From contig CASEMS010000003.1 in NCBI GenBank assembly GCA_949288955.1, forward strand, positions 5,290 to 69,289: a DNA stretch of 64,000 nt, read 5' to 3'. This stretch comes from an uncultured Lentisphaeraceae bacterium. GTDB taxonomy: Bacteria; Verrucomicrobiota; Kiritimatiellia; RFP12; DVOR01. Made by a program: the position numbers and the translations under genes. Under the pieces are notes generated by a model. That model had not been told where the DNA came from and did no database searches. It saw nothing but the letters and a program-made list of their open reading frames with translations. Shown piece after piece: positions 36,868 to 48,009 of this stretch. The stretch's first letter is position 1, and every line of letters starts with the position of its first letter.

Positions 36868-37695
36868 ATGCACTCGGAATTGTTCACACTCTTCGGCTTC
36901 CACCTCCAGATGTACGGGCTGTGCCTGGCATTGGGATTCGTGCTCTGCTATTGCCTGGCGCGGCGTTTGGCGCGGCTGACGGGGCGGGATCCGGGCGAGG
37001 TGGACACGCTGATCATGGTGGCGGCCGTGTGCGGGGTGATTGGCGCGCGGGCGGTCTACGTGGCGCAGAACTGGGGGGAGCAGTTCGCGGGAGACCCGTT
37101 GGCGGCCTTCCGCATCTGGCAGGGAGGGTTGGTCTTCTACGGCGGCTTCATCGCGGCGACGCTGGGCATCGTGGCGTATGGGCTGATCCGACGGGCGGAA
37201 CCGTTGCGGAGCCTGCTGGATTTCTGCGCGGTCTTCGTGCCGTTGGGGCACGCCTTTGGGCGGGTGGGGTGCTTCTTCCACGGGTGTTGCTTCGGCGGCG
37301 TGGGGGGCGGGGCGCTGGGCGTGCGCTTCCCGCACGGCTCGCCGGCGTGGCGGCACCAGGTGGAGGCGGGGCTGATCGGGCCCTACGCGCCGCAGTCGCT
37401 GCCGGTGTGGCCCACGCAGCTCATCGAGGCCGCCGGGTGCGCGCTCCTTTTCGTGGCGCTCTGGTGGCTCTACCGCAGGCAACGGCGGTGGGCGGGGCTC
37501 TGCTGCGGGGCCTATGCGGTGGCCTACGCGGCGCTGCGCTTCGCGGGCGAGTGCCTGCGCGACGACCCTCGGGGGGATTTCCATTTCGGGCTGAGCTTCA
37601 GCCAATGTGTGTCCGTGGGCCTGCTCCTGGTGGGCCTCGGCTTCCTTGTCATGGCATTCCGGGAGAGCAAGCATGGAACAGAAGACGGTCGATGA
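36868..37695 (+). CDS. lgt: Prolipoprotein diacylglyceryl transferase
   Basis: MYG, IGARAVY, IWQGGLVFYGG, GRVGCFFHGCCFG, PTQLIE, RFAGECLR. Confidence 0.93.
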   Translation: MHSELFTLFGFHLQMYGLCLALGFVLCYCLARRLARLTGRDPGEVDTLIMVAAVCGVIGARAVYVAQNWGEQFAGDPLAAFRIWQGGLVFYGGFIAATLGIVAYGLIRRAEPLRSLLDFCAVFVPLGHAFGRVGCFFHGCCFGGVGGGALGVRFPHGSPAWRHQVEAGLIGPYAPQSLPVWPTQLIEAAGCALLFVALWWLYRRQRRWAGLCCGAYAVAYAALRFAGECLRDDPRGDFHFGLSFSQCVSVGLLLVGLGFLVMAFRESKHGTEDGR

Positions 37696-38338
37696 GATGT
37701 TGGCCTGGCAGTCGGGCGTCCGGCTGGAGGCGGTGGCGGAGAAACTGCGCGCGCGCGGCTTCGAGGCCGAGGTCTGCCCCACGCGCGAGGAGGCCCGCGC
37801 CCGCGTGATCGCCCTGGCCCGGGAGGCCCGGAGCGTCGGCTTCGGCGGCTCCCTCTCGGTGGCCTGCCTGAACCTGACGCGCGAGCTGCGCGAGGCCGGC
37901 AAGGAGATCCTCAACCACGGCTTCCCCACCCTCTCCCCCGAGGAGAAGCTGGAGATCATGCGCCGCCAGCTGACGTGCGACCTCTTCCTCTCCTCCGTGA
38001 ACGCGCTGACGGAGGAGGGCGTGATCGTGAACGTGGACGGCAACGGCAACCGCGTGGCCTCCACCATCTTCGGCCCGCGCCGCGTGGTCTTCGTGGTCGG
38101 GCGCAACAAGCTCGTCTCGGGCGGCGTCCACGACGCGCTCGGGCGCGTCCGCGCCGTGGCCGGGCCCGTGAACGCCCACCGCCTGGGCCGCAAGACCCCC
38201 TGCGCCGCGACGGGCGCGTGCGCCGACTGCGCCGGGAGCTGCCCCGAGAGCATCTGCCGCGTTACCACCATCATCCGCCAGCGCCCCTCCTGCACGCCCG
38301 CCACCGTCCTCCTCGTCAACGAGGATCTCGGGCTGTGA
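37673..38338 (+). CDS. LUD (lactate utilization) domain protein
   Basis: GFGGSLS, DLFLSSVNALTEEGVIVNVDGNGNRVA, GRNK, TPCAATGACADC. Confidence 0.85.
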   Translation: MEQKTVDEMLAWQSGVRLEAVAEKLRARGFEAEVCPTREEARARVIALAREARSVGFGGSLSVACLNLTRELREAGKEILNHGFPTLSPEEKLEIMRRQLTCDLFLSSVNALTEEGVIVNVDGNGNRVASTIFGPRRVVFVVGRNKLVSGGVHDALGRVRAVAGPVNAHRLGRKTPCAATGACADCAGSCPESICRVTTIIRQRPSCTPATVLLVNEDLGL

Positions 38339-39669
38339 GCACCGTCGGCATCATCTCCCTGGGGTGCAGCAAGAACCTCGCCGACAGCGAGGTCATGGCC
38401 GGCTGCCTCCTCAAGGCCGGCTACGAACTGGCCCCGAGCCCCGACCGCGCGGACGTCATCCTCGTCAACACCTGTGCCTTCATCGCCCCCGCGCGGGAGG
38501 AGGCGGCCGAGAACATCCTCGCCGCCTGCGCCCACAAGGCCGAGGGCCGGTGCCGCTTCGTCGTCGTCGCCGGGTGCATGCCCCAGCGCTACCGTGCGCG
38601 CCTGGCCGAGGCCTTCCCCGAGGTGGACGCCTTCCTGGGCGTGGACGCGCTCGACCGCCTCCCCGCCCTCCTCGACGCCCTCCGCCACCGCAAGGCCCCG
38701 CCCCCCGACATCCCCCCCGGCCTCCCCACCCGCACCTTCGACAAACTCATCCCCGCCCTCCGCCTCTCCGGCAAATCCGTCGCCTACGTCAAAATCGCCG
38801 AGGGTTGCAACCACGCCTGCGCCTTCTGCGCCATCCCCCAATTCCGCGGACGCCTCCGCAGCCGCCCCCCCGAGGCCATCCTCGCCGAGGCCCGCGCCCT
38901 CCTCGAGACCGGCGCGCGCGAGATCAACCTCGTCGCCCAAGACGTCACGGCCTACGGCAAAGACCGCCGCGGCCCCGGCCTCGCCCACCTCCTCCGCGAA
39001 CTCGACGCCCTGGAGGGCGACTTCTGGGTCCGCTGGCTCTACGGCTTCCACAACCACGTAACCGACGACCTCCTCGAGGCCATGGCCGGCGCACGCCACA
39101 TCCTCCCCTACTTCGACCTCCCCATCCAGCACTGCGCCCCCGACATCCTCCGCGCCATGCGCCGCGCCGACACCATCCGCGCCATCGAGACCTTCCCCCG
39201 GCGCCTCCGCGCCGCCGTCCCCGGCGCCACCCTCCGCACCACCTGCATGGTCGGCTTCCCCGGCGAGACCGAGGACCACTTCAAGGCCCTCCTCGACTAC
39301 GTCCGCGCCGTCCGCTTCGACCACCTCGGCGCCTTCGTCTTCTCCCCCGAGGAGGGCACCCCCGCCGCCGACCTCCCCGGCCTCCCCGACCCCGAGACCG
39401 CCGAGCGCCGCCGCCGCGAGCTCATGGAGACCCAGCGCGCCATCACCCGCGAAATCGACCGCGCCCGCGTCGGCCAGACCACCCGCGCCCTCATCCTCGC
39501 CCCCCACGGCGAGGACGGCGCCCTCGCCCGCCTCCCCCACCAAGCCCCCGACGTCGACGGCCTCACCCGCATCGCCCACCTCCCCGAGGGCCTCGCCCCC
39601 GGCGACTTCGCCGACGTCCGCGTAACCGGCGTGCGCGGCTACGACCTCACCGCCCGCGTCCGCCCATGA
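38335..39669 (+). CDS. rimO: Ribosomal protein S12 methylthiotransferase
   Basis: SLGCSKNLADSE, NTCAFI, YVKIAEGCNHACAFCAIP, LPIQH, VGFPGETE, APDVDG, TRAM end. Confidence 0.93.
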   Translation: MSTVGIISLGCSKNLADSEVMAGCLLKAGYELAPSPDRADVILVNTCAFIAPAREEAAENILAACAHKAEGRCRFVVVAGCMPQRYRARLAEAFPEVDAFLGVDALDRLPALLDALRHRKAPPPDIPPGLPTRTFDKLIPALRLSGKSVAYVKIAEGCNHACAFCAIPQFRGRLRSRPPEAILAEARALLETGAREINLVAQDVTAYGKDRRGPGLAHLLRELDALEGDFWVRWLYGFHNHVTDDLLEAMAGARHILPYFDLPIQHCAPDILRAMRRADTIRAIETFPRRLRAAVPGATLRTTCMVGFPGETEDHFKALLDYVRAVRFDHLGAFVFSPEEGTPAADLPGLPDPETAERRRRELMETQRAITREIDRARVGQTTRALILAPHGEDGALARLPHQAPDVDGLTRIAHLPEGLAPGDFADVRVTGVRGYDLTARVRP

Positions 39670-40319
39670 CCCCCGACCTCCAGCCCGAACGCGCCTACTG
39701 GGCCGCCCACCCCGGCGACGCCCTCGTCGGCATCGACGAGGCCGGGCGCGGCTGCCTCGCCGGGCCCGTCGTCGCCGCCGCCGTCCAGATTGCCGAGGCC
39801 GACCTCGCCCCCCTCGCCGCCGGGCCCCTCGCCCAGGCCAACGACTCCAAGCAGCTCTCCCCCGCCCAGCGCGACCGCCTCTACGAGACCCTCACCCACG
39901 AGCCCCGCGTCCGCTGGGGCATCGGCCAAGCCTCCGTGGAGGAGATCGACCGCCTCAACATCCTCCGCGCCACCCACCTGGCCATGCGCCGCGCCATCGA
40001 GGCCCTCCCCACCCTCCCCGACCACGCCCTCGTCGACGGCCTCCCCGTCAAGGGCCTCCCCATCCCCCACGACGCCCTCGTCAAAGGCGACTCGCGCAGC
40101 CTCCTCATCGCCTGCGCCTCCATCCTCGCCAAAGTAACCCGCGACCGCCTCTGCCTCACCCTCGACGCCCAATTCCCCGGCTATGGCCTCGCCCAACACA
40201 AAGGCTACGGCACCCGCGCCCACCTCGACGCCCTCCGCCGTCTCGGCCCCTCCCCCTGCCATCGCAGCTCCTTCGCCCCCGTCCGCGCCCTCCAGGACGA
40301 CCTCCCCTTCCCCGACTGA
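39666..40319 (+). CDS. rnhB: Ribonuclease HII
   Basis: GIDEAGRGCLAGPV, DSKQL, EIDRLNIL, KGD, ASILAKVTRD, HKGYGT, HRSSF. Confidence 0.96.
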   Translation: MTPDLQPERAYWAAHPGDALVGIDEAGRGCLAGPVVAAAVQIAEADLAPLAAGPLAQANDSKQLSPAQRDRLYETLTHEPRVRWGIGQASVEEIDRLNILRATHLAMRRAIEALPTLPDHALVDGLPVKGLPIPHDALVKGDSRSLLIACASILAKVTRDRLCLTLDAQFPGYGLAQHKGYGTRAHLDALRRLGPSPCHRSSFAPVRALQDDLPFPD

Positions 40320-40345
40320 CCCAACGCCTCGGCCCCCACCCCAAG

Positions 40346-40455
40346 GTGGATCAGCCGCCGATCCGAAGTGGATCAGCCGCTGACCCGAAGTGGATCAGCC
40401 GCCGATCCAAGGTGACTCAGCCGCTGACCCAAAGTGGATCGGCCGCTGAGCCAAA
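40346..40455. repeat. 22-bp palindromic repeat array (5 units)
   Basis: GTGGATCAGCCGCCGATCCGAA and variants at 40346, 40368, 40390, 40412, 40434. Confidence 0.95.
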
Positions 40456-40487
40456 AAAAAGGCGCCTCGCATGGGCGAGGCGCCTTT
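40453..40487. terminator. Intrinsic terminator (strong on -, possibly bidirectional)
   Basis: A8-GGCGCCTCGC-ATGG-GCGAGGCGCC-TTT between convergent genes. Confidence 0.8.
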
Positions 40488-40505
40488 GGCAAGGTGTGGC
40501 CACAA

Positions 40506-40925
40506 TCAGTCGGTGGCGGAAAGCTCCCGGATGGAGACGATGCGCGGTTCCTCACCGGATTGGGGAAGCGGGCGGTGGATGATGACGGAGTAACGGCGGC
40601 GGCCGTCCTCGCTGACACACCGGAAGTCGTAGTTGAGGCCGTTGACGACCTGGGTGGCGACGGTGAGGGGACGGAGGTTGCGGGCCTCGGAATCGCGGGT
40701 GGCGGCGGTGAAGACGTCGCGCTGCTCGGGGTCGGGGGCGATGTGCTCGGAGTAGGCGCCGACCTTGGGGGGCGGGCTTGGGGGCTCGGCCTTGGGCTCG
40801 GGGGTGACGGCTGGCTGCGCCGCCGGGGCGGGGGTGGGCGTCTCCGGCTCATCGGCGAAGGGGCACCACGAGGCGCAACCGCCGAGGAACAGGGGCAGGA
40901 GCAGGAGTGTAAGGCTTCGCTTCAT
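40506..40925 (-). CDS. Small lipoprotein with cystatin-like motifs
   Basis: Lipobox LGGC; Pro-rich linker; VGAYS...ATQVVNGLNY...RPLP; GGAGG RBS. Confidence 0.7.
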   Translation of the reverse strand: MKRSLTLLLLPLFLGGCASWCPFADEPETPTPAPAAQPAVTPEPKAEPPSPPPKVGAYSEHIAPDPEQRDVFTAATRDSEARNLRPLTVATQVVNGLNYDFRCVSEDGRRRYSVIIHRPLPQSGEEPRIVSIRELSATD

Positions 40926-40980
40926 CAAGGGGTTCCTCCAATCATTTACGGGGCGTATGATAACACATCCCGCGGGAAAG

Positions 40981-41007
40981 AAAAACCCCGCGCGAGGCGC
41001 GGGGTTC
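40981..41007 (-). terminator. Intrinsic terminator of the RND operon
   Basis: AAAAAACCCCGCGC-GAG-GCGCGGGGTT just past the OMF stop. Confidence 0.75.
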
Positions 41008-41018
41008 CGTAGGCGGCC

Positions 41019-42623
41019 TCACGGCTGGGCCGACGCGGCGGGCGGCGCGGCGAGGGGGGCCAGAAGCGGCTCCGGGGCGACGTTGGCGCCAAAAAGGGCC
41101 TGGGCGGTCTCGGGGGCCTCGTTGCCTTCCCAGCCGCCGCAGAGGGCGCGGTAGAGGGCAATCTGCTGCTTGGCGATCTCGCCCTCGCTGACGACGCGGG
41201 CATCGTCGAGGCTGAGCACCTGGCGCTGGGCGTCGAGGAGGTCGAAGAAGTCGCCGATGCCGGCGTCGTAGGAGTTGCCGGCGATCTCGTAGGCGCTTTG
41301 GGCGGCCTGGACGCCGAGGCGGAGGTGGCGGAGACGCTCGCGCTCCTGCTCGCAGCCGGAGAGGGCGTCGCGGATGTCGCCGAGGGCGGTGAGGACGGTG
41401 TGCTCGTAGTCGGCGAGGGCGGCCTTCTGCTGTTCGGTCTTGATGTCGATGTTGGCGACGATCTGCCCACCGCGGAAGATGGGGAGGGTGACGCCGGGGC
41501 CGAAGTTGTAGAAGTGGCTGTCCCAGTCGAAGAGATCGCCGAGCTTGAGGGCCTCAAGGCCGATGTTGCCGGAGATGTAGACGGTGGGGTAGCGCTCGGC
41601 CTTGGCGGAGCCGAGGGTGTCGGTGGCGGCCTTGAGGCGGCGCTCGGAGGCGTGGACGTCAGGGCGGCGGCGGATGGCGTCGGCGGGGATGCCCTCCTCC
41701 AAGGAGAAGTTCTTGGCGGTGGGGATGGCGGTGGGGCGCAGGCCGATGGCCTTGCGGCCGCCCTCCTGGCCGTCCTTGGCGTCCTCGGGAGTGGACATGA
41801 AGTCGGGGATCTGGACGATCTCTGGCGGGAGCGCGCCGGGGGCGACGCCGCAGAGAATGGCGATGGCGTCCTCGGCGGCGGTGATCTGGGCCTTGAGGGA
41901 GGGGATGGCGGCGGCGGTGTTGTGGAGGTCGTACTCCGCCTGGGAGACGACGAGGGCGTTGGAGATGCCGCTCTGGAGGCGGTCGGCCAAGAGGTCGTAG
42001 TTGTCCTGCTGGAGGCGGAGGTTGTCCTGCGCGACCATGAGGCGGCCCTGGAGGGTGCGGAGCTCGACGTAATAGGTGGCGAGGTCGGCGGAGACGGAGA
42101 CCCACATGGCCTTGAGGTCGGCCTCGGAAGCCTGGGCCTCGGCCTCGGCGGCATCGACAAGGTAGGTGTTGCGGCCGAAGAGGTCGAGCTCCCAACGCGC
42201 GCCGCCGGTGATGGAATAGTCGGTGTAGCGGTTCTTGCCGCTGAGGCCATTCTCGGAGGTGCGGTTGCGGGAGAGGTCGGCGCCGAGGTCGGCGGTGGGC
42301 CAGAGCGCGCCGCGCTGGTAGCGCCACTGGGCGCGGGCGGCGGCGAGGTTGGCACGGGCCGAGGCGAGGGTGCGGTTGGCGGCGTAGGCCTTGGCGAGGA
42401 GGCGGTTGAGCGGCTCGTCGGCGAAGCGCTGCCACCACGTGTCGAGGGCGGGGGCGGGAGCCTTCCCGAGGAGGCCGGGGAGGGCGTCCTCGCGGGTGTC
42501 CTTGGCGACGGAGGCGGCCTGGAGCACCTCGGCGACGGGCCGTTCCTCGTAGGGCTTATGGTTGGGGATGGCGCAACCGGCGAGGGACAGGAGGAGGCAA
42601 AGGGCAAGGGTGGAGCTTTTCAT
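41019..42623 (-). CDS. RND efflux outer membrane lipoprotein (NodT/OprM family)
   Basis: Lipobox LAGC; [28 protein letters not shown]. Confidence 0.93.
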   Translation of the reverse strand: MKSSTLALCLLLSLAGCAIPNHKPYEERPVAEVLQAASVAKDTREDALPGLLGKAPAPALDTWWQRFADEPLNRLLAKAYAANRTLASARANLAAARAQWRYQRGALWPTADLGADLSRNRTSENGLSGKNRYTDYSITGGARWELDLFGRNTYLVDAAEAEAQASEADLKAMWVSVSADLATYYVELRTLQGRLMVAQDNLRLQQDNYDLLADRLQSGISNALVVSQAEYDLHNTAAAIPSLKAQITAAEDAIAILCGVAPGALPPEIVQIPDFMSTPEDAKDGQEGGRKAIGLRPTAIPTAKNFSLEEGIPADAIRRRPDVHASERRLKAATDTLGSAKAERYPTVYISGNIGLEALKLGDLFDWDSHFYNFGPGVTLPIFRGGQIVANIDIKTEQQKAALADYEHTVLTALGDIRDALSGCEQERERLRHLRLGVQAAQSAYEIAGNSYDAGIGDFFDLLDAQRQVLSLDDARVVSEGEIAKQQIALYRALCGGWEGNEAPETAQALFGANVAPEPLLAPLAAPPAASAQP

Positions 42624-45600
42624 TTGGTCTCCCGGTGGTGCGTGGTGCCGAAGAGGGCGTAGGTGCCCTCGCGCATCTTCTCGAAGAGGGAGTAGAGCGC
42701 GGGGATCATGATCATGCCGGCGGTGGTGGCCGCAAGCATGCCGGTATAGACGGTGACGCCGAGGTGGACGCGGCTGACGGCGCCGGCGCCCGTGGCGTAG
42801 ACCATCGGCAGCACGCCGAGGATGAAGGTGAGGGCCGTCATGAGCACGGCACGGAGTCGCTCGGAGGCGCCTTCGCCGGCGGCGTCGATGATGCCCAGCC
42901 CCTGCTCGCGGCGTTGCGCGGCGAACTCGACCACGAGGATCGCGCTCTTCGCGGCCAGGGCGATGAGGAGGAGAAGGCCGACCTGGGCGTAGATGGAGAG
43001 GGAGAGACCCCAGTAGATGATGCCCAGGAAGGCACCCACGACGCCGACGGTGATGGAGGTCATCACCGGCAGGGGGAGCGTCCAGCTCTCATACTGCGCG
43101 ACGAGGAAGAGGTAGCCGAAGACGAAGGCCGCGAGCACGAGGATGCCGGTCTGGCCCTCGACGATGGACTCCTGATAGGAGAGGTCGGTCCACGCGAAGG
43201 AGAAGTCGCGCGAGAGGGACTCACCGGCGACGCGCTTGACGGCGGCCATGGACTCGCCGGAGGAGAAGCCTTCGGCGGCGTTGGCGGTGATACGCGCGGC
43301 AGGGAAGAGGTTGAAGCGCGCGTAGTTGCGGACGCCACCGATGGTCTCGGTGTTCACCAAGGCGGAGACGGGGACGAGGTTGCCCTCGGTGGAGCGGACG
43401 TAGATACGGCCGATGTCCTCGTGGGTGGCGCGGCCGTCCCAGTCGGACTGCACGATCACCTGGTTGACCTGCGTGCCGAGGTTGATGTCGTTCACGTAGT
43501 AGGAGCCGAGGTAGTTCTGCAGCGTGGAGAAGACGGTGGAGACGGGCACCTTGTAGGTCTCGGCCTTGGTGCGGTCGACCTGCAATTCGATGTGCGGCGT
43601 GCCGGAGGTGTAGGGCGAGAAGGCGCCTTCGACCTCTGGGGCCTGGTTGAGGGCGGCGAGGAAGGACTTGAGGTTCTGTTCGATGATCTCGGGGTCGGTG
43701 GTGGAGAGCGACTGGAAGAAGAGGCTCATGCCGCCGGAGACGCCGAGGCCCTGGATGGCGGGCGGCACCATCGCCAGGAACTTGCCCTCGTGGTAACGGG
43801 CGGCGATCGCCTGGATCTTGCGCTGGATGGACCAGACGGAGAGATCCTCGGTGGTGCGCTCTCCCCACGGATCGAGGGCGACAATCAGCATGCCGGTGCT
43901 CTCGGCGTTGCCGGAGATCATGGCCCAACCGATGACCGACATCGTGCTCTTGACGCCGGGAATGGCACGAACCTCGCTCTCGAAGCGCTTGACGAAGTCG
44001 TCGGTTACGGCGCGGTTGGTGCCTTCGCGCAAGGCGATGTCCACGAAGACCACGCCTTGGTCCTCCTCGGGGAGGAAGGAGGTGGGCGTCATGTTGTAGC
44101 TGACGGCCACGCCGGCGAAGCAGAGGAGCAGGAGCATGAGGGTGAGCAGGCGGCGCGCGGCGAAGAACTTGGCGATGGCGCCGTAGCGCATACGCACCCA
44201 GTCGAGCGCGCGGTTGAACCACGTGAAGGGATCCCACCAGTGGGTGTGCGGCTTGGGCACGCCGAGGATGGTGGCGCAGATGGCCGGGGAGAGCGTCAGC
44301 GCGTTGATGGCCGAGAAAAGGATGGCCACCGACATCGTGATGGCGAACTGCGAGTAAATGCGGCCGGTGATGCCGCCGACGAAGCCGACGGGGGCGAAGA
44401 TGGCCAGCAGCACCAGCGTCGTCGCCACGACGGCGCCCGTAACCTCGTGCATGGCGAGGAGGGTGGCCGTCTTGCGGTCGAGCTTGTTCTTGTCCATGTG
44501 GTGCTGGACGCGCTCGACCACGACGATGGCGTCGTCCACCACCGAGCCGATCGCCAGCACGAGGGCGAAGAGGGAGATGGTGTTGATGGTGTAGCCGAAG
44601 ATCTTGAGCACCAGGAAGGTGCAGAGCAGCGAGACGGGGATGGCGCAGAGCGGCACGACCGTCGCGCGGATGTCCTGCAAGAAGACGTAGCAGACGATGA
44701 GCACGAGGATGAAGGTCTCGATGAGCGTGGTGATGATCTCATCGATGGAGACGCTCACGAACTCGGTGGAGTCGTAGGCGATGGTGTAGTCCAGGTCGCC
44801 GGGGAAGGTGGGTTCGAGGTCCTTCAAGGTCTTGCGGACGGCCTCCATGGCCTCGATGGCGTTGGTGCCGGGGGTCTGCTCGATGCCCATCGAGACGGCA
44901 TCCTGGCCGTTGAAGTAGCCGGTGTTGGAGTAGCTCTGCTCGCCGAGCTCGACGCGCGCGACGTCGCGGATGCGCACGAGGCCGCCTTCGTCGGCGGAAC
45001 GGACGACGATGTCCTCGAACTCGCGCACCGTGCTCAGACGGCCCTCGGCGATGATCGAGAAGGTGTCGCGCACGTTCACGTCCAAGACGGGGGAGGCGCC
45101 GACGGAGCCGAGCGCGGCCTGGAGGTTCTGCGCCTCGATGGCGGAGATGACATCCGAGGCGTCAAGGCCCTGGGAGGCGAGGCGCTCGGGGTCGAGCCAG
45201 ATGCGCATCGCCATACGGGCGCCGTGGACATCCGCGCCGCCGACGCCGTGGACGCGCAGGATGGCGTCGCGGACGTTGGAGTAGAGGAAGTCGGAGATCT
45301 CCAGCTTGCTGAGCTCGCCGCTGGGGGAACGGAAGGAGATGAAGCCGAGGGTGGAGTCGGAGCGGGTCTCGACGTTCACGCCCTGCTGGGTGACCTCCTT
45401 CGGCAGCTTGGATTCGGCCTGCGCCACGCGGTTCTGCACGCGCACCTGGGCGATGTCGCGGTCGGTGCCGACGGCGAAGGTAACGGTGAGGCTGTAACGG
45501 CCCGAGTCCGTGCAGGTCGAGCTCATGTAGAGCATGTCCTCGACGCCGTTGACCGCGGACTCGATCGGGATGGCCACGGAGTTCGCCAAGTCCACGGCGT

Positions 45601-45856
45601 TCGCGCCGGGATAGGAGCAGCTCACGCGGACGGCCGGCGGGGAGACCTCCGGGTACTGCGCGATGGGCAGCGAACGGATGGCCAGCACGCCGACGATGGA
45701 CATCACGATGGCGATGACCAGCGCGAAGCGCGGGCGGTTCACGAAGGTGCGCGAGAAGATGCTCTGCTTCGGAAGGTCTTCGACCATCTTCCGAACGGTC
45801 TCGCGCTCATTCGCCTCGATCTCCTCGAGGCTCATGATACGTTCTTGATCAGCCAT
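42620..45856 (-). CDS. RND efflux permease (HAE1/AcrB family)
   Basis: [48 protein letters not shown]. Confidence 0.96.
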   Translation of the reverse strand: MADQERIMSLEEIEANERETVRKMVEDLPKQSIFSRTFVNRPRFALVIAIVMSIVGVLAIRSLPIAQYPEVSPPAVRVSCSYPGANAVDLANSVAIPIESAVNGVEDMLYMSSTCTDSGRYSLTVTFAVGTDRDIAQVRVQNRVAQAESKLPKEVTQQGVNVETRSDSTLGFISFRSPSGELSKLEISDFLYSNVRDAILRVHGVGGADVHGARMAMRIWLDPERLASQGLDASDVISAIEAQNLQAALGSVGASPVLDVNVRDTFSIIAEGRLSTVREFEDIVVRSADEGGLVRIRDVARVELGEQSYSNTGYFNGQDAVSMGIEQTPGTNAIEAMEAVRKTLKDLEPTFPGDLDYTIAYDSTEFVSVSIDEIITTLIETFILVLIVCYVFLQDIRATVVPLCAIPVSLLCTFLVLKIFGYTINTISLFALVLAIGSVVDDAIVVVERVQHHMDKNKLDRKTATLLAMHEVTGAVVATTLVLLAIFAPVGFVGGITGRIYSQFAITMSVAILFSAINALTLSPAICATILGVPKPHTHWWDPFTWFNRALDWVRMRYGAIAKFFAARRLLTLMLLLLCFAGVAVSYNMTPTSFLPEEDQGVVFVDIALREGTNRAVTDDFVKRFESEVRAIPGVKSTMSVIGWAMISGNAESTGMLIVALDPWGERTTEDLSVWSIQRKIQAIAARYHEGKFLAMVPPAIQGLGVSGGMSLFFQSLSTTDPEIIEQNLKSFLAALNQAPEVEGAFSPYTSGTPHIELQVDRTKAETYKVPVSTVFSTLQNYLGSYYVNDINLGTQVNQVIVQSDWDGRATHEDIGRIYVRSTEGNLVPVSALVNTETIGGVRNYARFNLFPAARITANAAEGFSSGESMAAVKRVAGESLSRDFSFAWTDLSYQESIVEGQTGILVLAAFVFGYLFLVAQYESWTLPLPVMTSITVGVVGAFLGIIYWGLSLSIYAQVGLLLLIALAAKSAILVVEFAAQRREQGLGIIDAAGEGASERLRAVLMTALTFILGVLPMVYATGAGAVSRVHLGVTVYTGMLAATTAGMIMIPALYSLFEKMREGTYALFGTTHHRETK

Positions 45857-45883
45857 AAGTGGGACTCCTCCGGAACCTTGGGC

Positions 45884-47122
45884 TTACTTCGCGAGGGTGA
45901 CGGCCGCCTCGGGCTTGGCGTTGGGCGAGGGGTTCACGATGTTGAGGTTGGTGCCCTCGATGACGTTCACGACGCCCTCGGTGATGACCTCGTCGCCGGC
46001 CTTCAGCCCGGACTTGACCTCGACCACGCCCTCCAGACGGGCGCCGATGACGATGGCGCGGCGGGCGGCCTTGCCGTTCTCGTTGATGTAGACGTAGTCG
46101 CCGGTGGCGTTGGCCAGGACGGCGTTGGAGGGCACGGTGAGCGCCTCCTTGGGCTGGGCCTCGGAGAGGAGGACGGTGACGTAGGCGTTGGAGAGGAGCG
46201 TCTGATCGGGGTTGGCGAAGGCGTAACGCACGGGCAGCGAGGCCGTCTCCATGCTCATCTCGTTGCTGATGAAGTCGGGCTTGCCGTCGTGGGCGTAGAC
46301 GGTGCCGTCGGCCAGGCGGATCTGCGCGCGGATGGCCTCGGCCCCGGCGCCCTTGGAATCGGCGATGTTCTTGTTGCGCAGGTACTCGCGGTCCGGCACG
46401 GAGAAGACGACGCGCACGGGATCCATCTGCACGATGCGCGCGAGCGTGCCCAGGGAGGGGGAGACGTAGTCGCCCTTCTTCAGCAGGCTCTGACCGATGC
46501 GGCCGGAGATGGGCGCGGTGATCTTGCAGTAGCCCAGGTTGATCTCGGCGCTCGCCAGGTCGGCCTCGCACTGGGCGATGGCGGCCTTGGCCTCAAGCAT
46601 ATTCGCATAGGCCTGGTCGACCTCCGCCTCGGTGACGGAACGCTTGTCCACCTTGCTGATACGCGCGTAGTAACGGTCGGCGTTCTCGCTGCTGGCCTTG
46701 GCCTGCGCCAGGGCGGCCTTGGCCTGCGCCACGCGGGCCTCGTAGACGCGCGGGTCGATCTGATAGAGCAGGTCGCCCTCCTTGACCATCGCGCCCTCCT
46801 TGAAGGCCACCTCCTGGATGGTGCCGTCGATCTGCGCGCGCAGGTCGACGTCCTGGATCGGCTCCACGTGCCCCATGAAAGTCTGCGGCGGGTTGATGGC
46901 CTTCATCGTCGCCTTGGCGGTCTCGACGGTGACGGGGCGGACCTGCGCGGCGGCGGCGGCCTGCGCGACGGCCTCGGCCTGCGCCTGCTTGTCCAAGGTG
47001 TTCTGATAGATCGTGCGGGCGAACCACCCCAGCCCGACGGCCACAATCACACTCAGCAACAACCCAACGGCCGCGGCCAACGGGCTCTTCGCCTCTTGCT
47101 TCGTCTCGCTCTTCTCTTCCAT
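45884..47122 (-). CDS. RND efflux periplasmic adaptor (MFP)
   Basis: FKEGAMVKEGDLLYQIDP, ITAPISGRIG, GLKAGDEVITEG. Confidence 0.93.
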   Translation of the reverse strand: MEEKSETKQEAKSPLAAAVGLLLSVIVAVGLGWFARTIYQNTLDKQAQAEAVAQAAAAAQVRPVTVETAKATMKAINPPQTFMGHVEPIQDVDLRAQIDGTIQEVAFKEGAMVKEGDLLYQIDPRVYEARVAQAKAALAQAKASSENADRYYARISKVDKRSVTEAEVDQAYANMLEAKAAIAQCEADLASAEINLGYCKITAPISGRIGQSLLKKGDYVSPSLGTLARIVQMDPVRVVFSVPDREYLRNKNIADSKGAGAEAIRAQIRLADGTVYAHDGKPDFISNEMSMETASLPVRYAFANPDQTLLSNAYVTVLLSEAQPKEALTVPSNAVLANATGDYVYINENGKAARRAIVIGARLEGVVEVKSGLKAGDEVITEGVVNVIEGTNLNIVNPSPNAKPEAAVTLAK

Positions 47123-47124
47123 GG

Positions 47125-47733
47125 TTACTTGCTCCTGATTCCTTGAACGATAAGATCCAATCCCGCACGGATCGTCTCCACGACGTCCAACGGCAGTTTG
47201 TACAGCCACGCCTCGCGCAGCGTCCCAAAGAAAATCCCGCTCATCACCGTGGCGATCTGCTCCGCCGAGAGCGGCGTCACGATGCGCCCCTCCGCCTTCA
47301 GCCACTCCAGGCGCTCCCGGAGCCGCGCGAAGGGATCGCGCACCACCAGCCCATCCAACTTCTTGGCGAGCGTCGCCTTCAACGCCTCGCTCCACTCCAC
47401 CCGGCTCATCAGGAAGACCGTGAACTGCCTCAGCTCCCGATGCCCCACCAAGGCCTTCGCCCAATCCACGAAGGCGTCGCGGATGTCCTCGACGCTCTCG
47501 GCCTCCCCCACCCCCTTGAGCGGCTCATACGTGGCGTGCTCGCGCTCGATCAGCTCGGCCAGCAGCTCCTCTTTGCTCTTGAAGTGCCAGAAGACCGCCC
47601 CCTTCGTCAGGTGGATGCGCCGCGCGATGTCATTGAAGGTCGTCAGCGCGTACCCGCGCTTGGAAAAGCAATCCAAGGCCACCGCCAGGATGGCCTTCCG
47701 CGTCTCCAATGCCTCTTCTCGGGTTCGTCGCAT
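47125..47733 (-). CDS. TetR/AcrR family regulator
   Basis: MRRTREEALETRKAIL...IARRIHLTKGAVFWHFKSKEEL. Confidence 0.93.
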   Translation of the reverse strand: MRRTREEALETRKAILAVALDCFSKRGYALTTFNDIARRIHLTKGAVFWHFKSKEELLAELIEREHATYEPLKGVGEAESVEDIRDAFVDWAKALVGHRELRQFTVFLMSRVEWSEALKATLAKKLDGLVVRDPFARLRERLEWLKAEGRIVTPLSAEQIATVMSGIFFGTLREAWLYKLPLDVVETIRAGLDLIVQGIRSK

Positions 47734-47762
47734 GAGTCTGCTTCCGGAAATGAATGGCGCAT

Positions 47763-47791
47763 AGTATACAAACCTGCCAAAAGGTATGCAA
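47763..47791 (-). promoter_or_regulatory. Sigma70 promoter overlapped by a putative TetR operator
   Basis: Minus strand TTGCAT-17-TATACT; imperfect IR TACAAACCT-N6-AGGTATGCA at 47767-47790. Confidence 0.7.
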
Positions 47792-47862
47792 GCGAAAAAC
47801 GCGAGGTCCCCACGCCCCCCTCCGGACGTGCGTACCGGAAGACGCACGCCACCCCACCCTTC

Positions 47863-47926
47863 CCCGATCGGCGGCTGACCCAACGTCGATCAGCCCCTAG
47901 TCCGACCCCGATCGGCGGCTGACCCG
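47863..47926. repeat. 22-bp palindromic repeat array (3 units)
   Basis: GATCGGCGGCTGACC 47866, GATCAGCCCCTAGTCC 47888, GATCGGCGGCTGACC 47910. Confidence 0.85.
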
Positions 47927-48009
47927 CAAAGGGGCGGCCCCTGCATACCAAAGAACGCACACCCGCGTGGCACGCACGCACGAGAGGCCGAATGTGGTAT
48001 CATGCTTGC

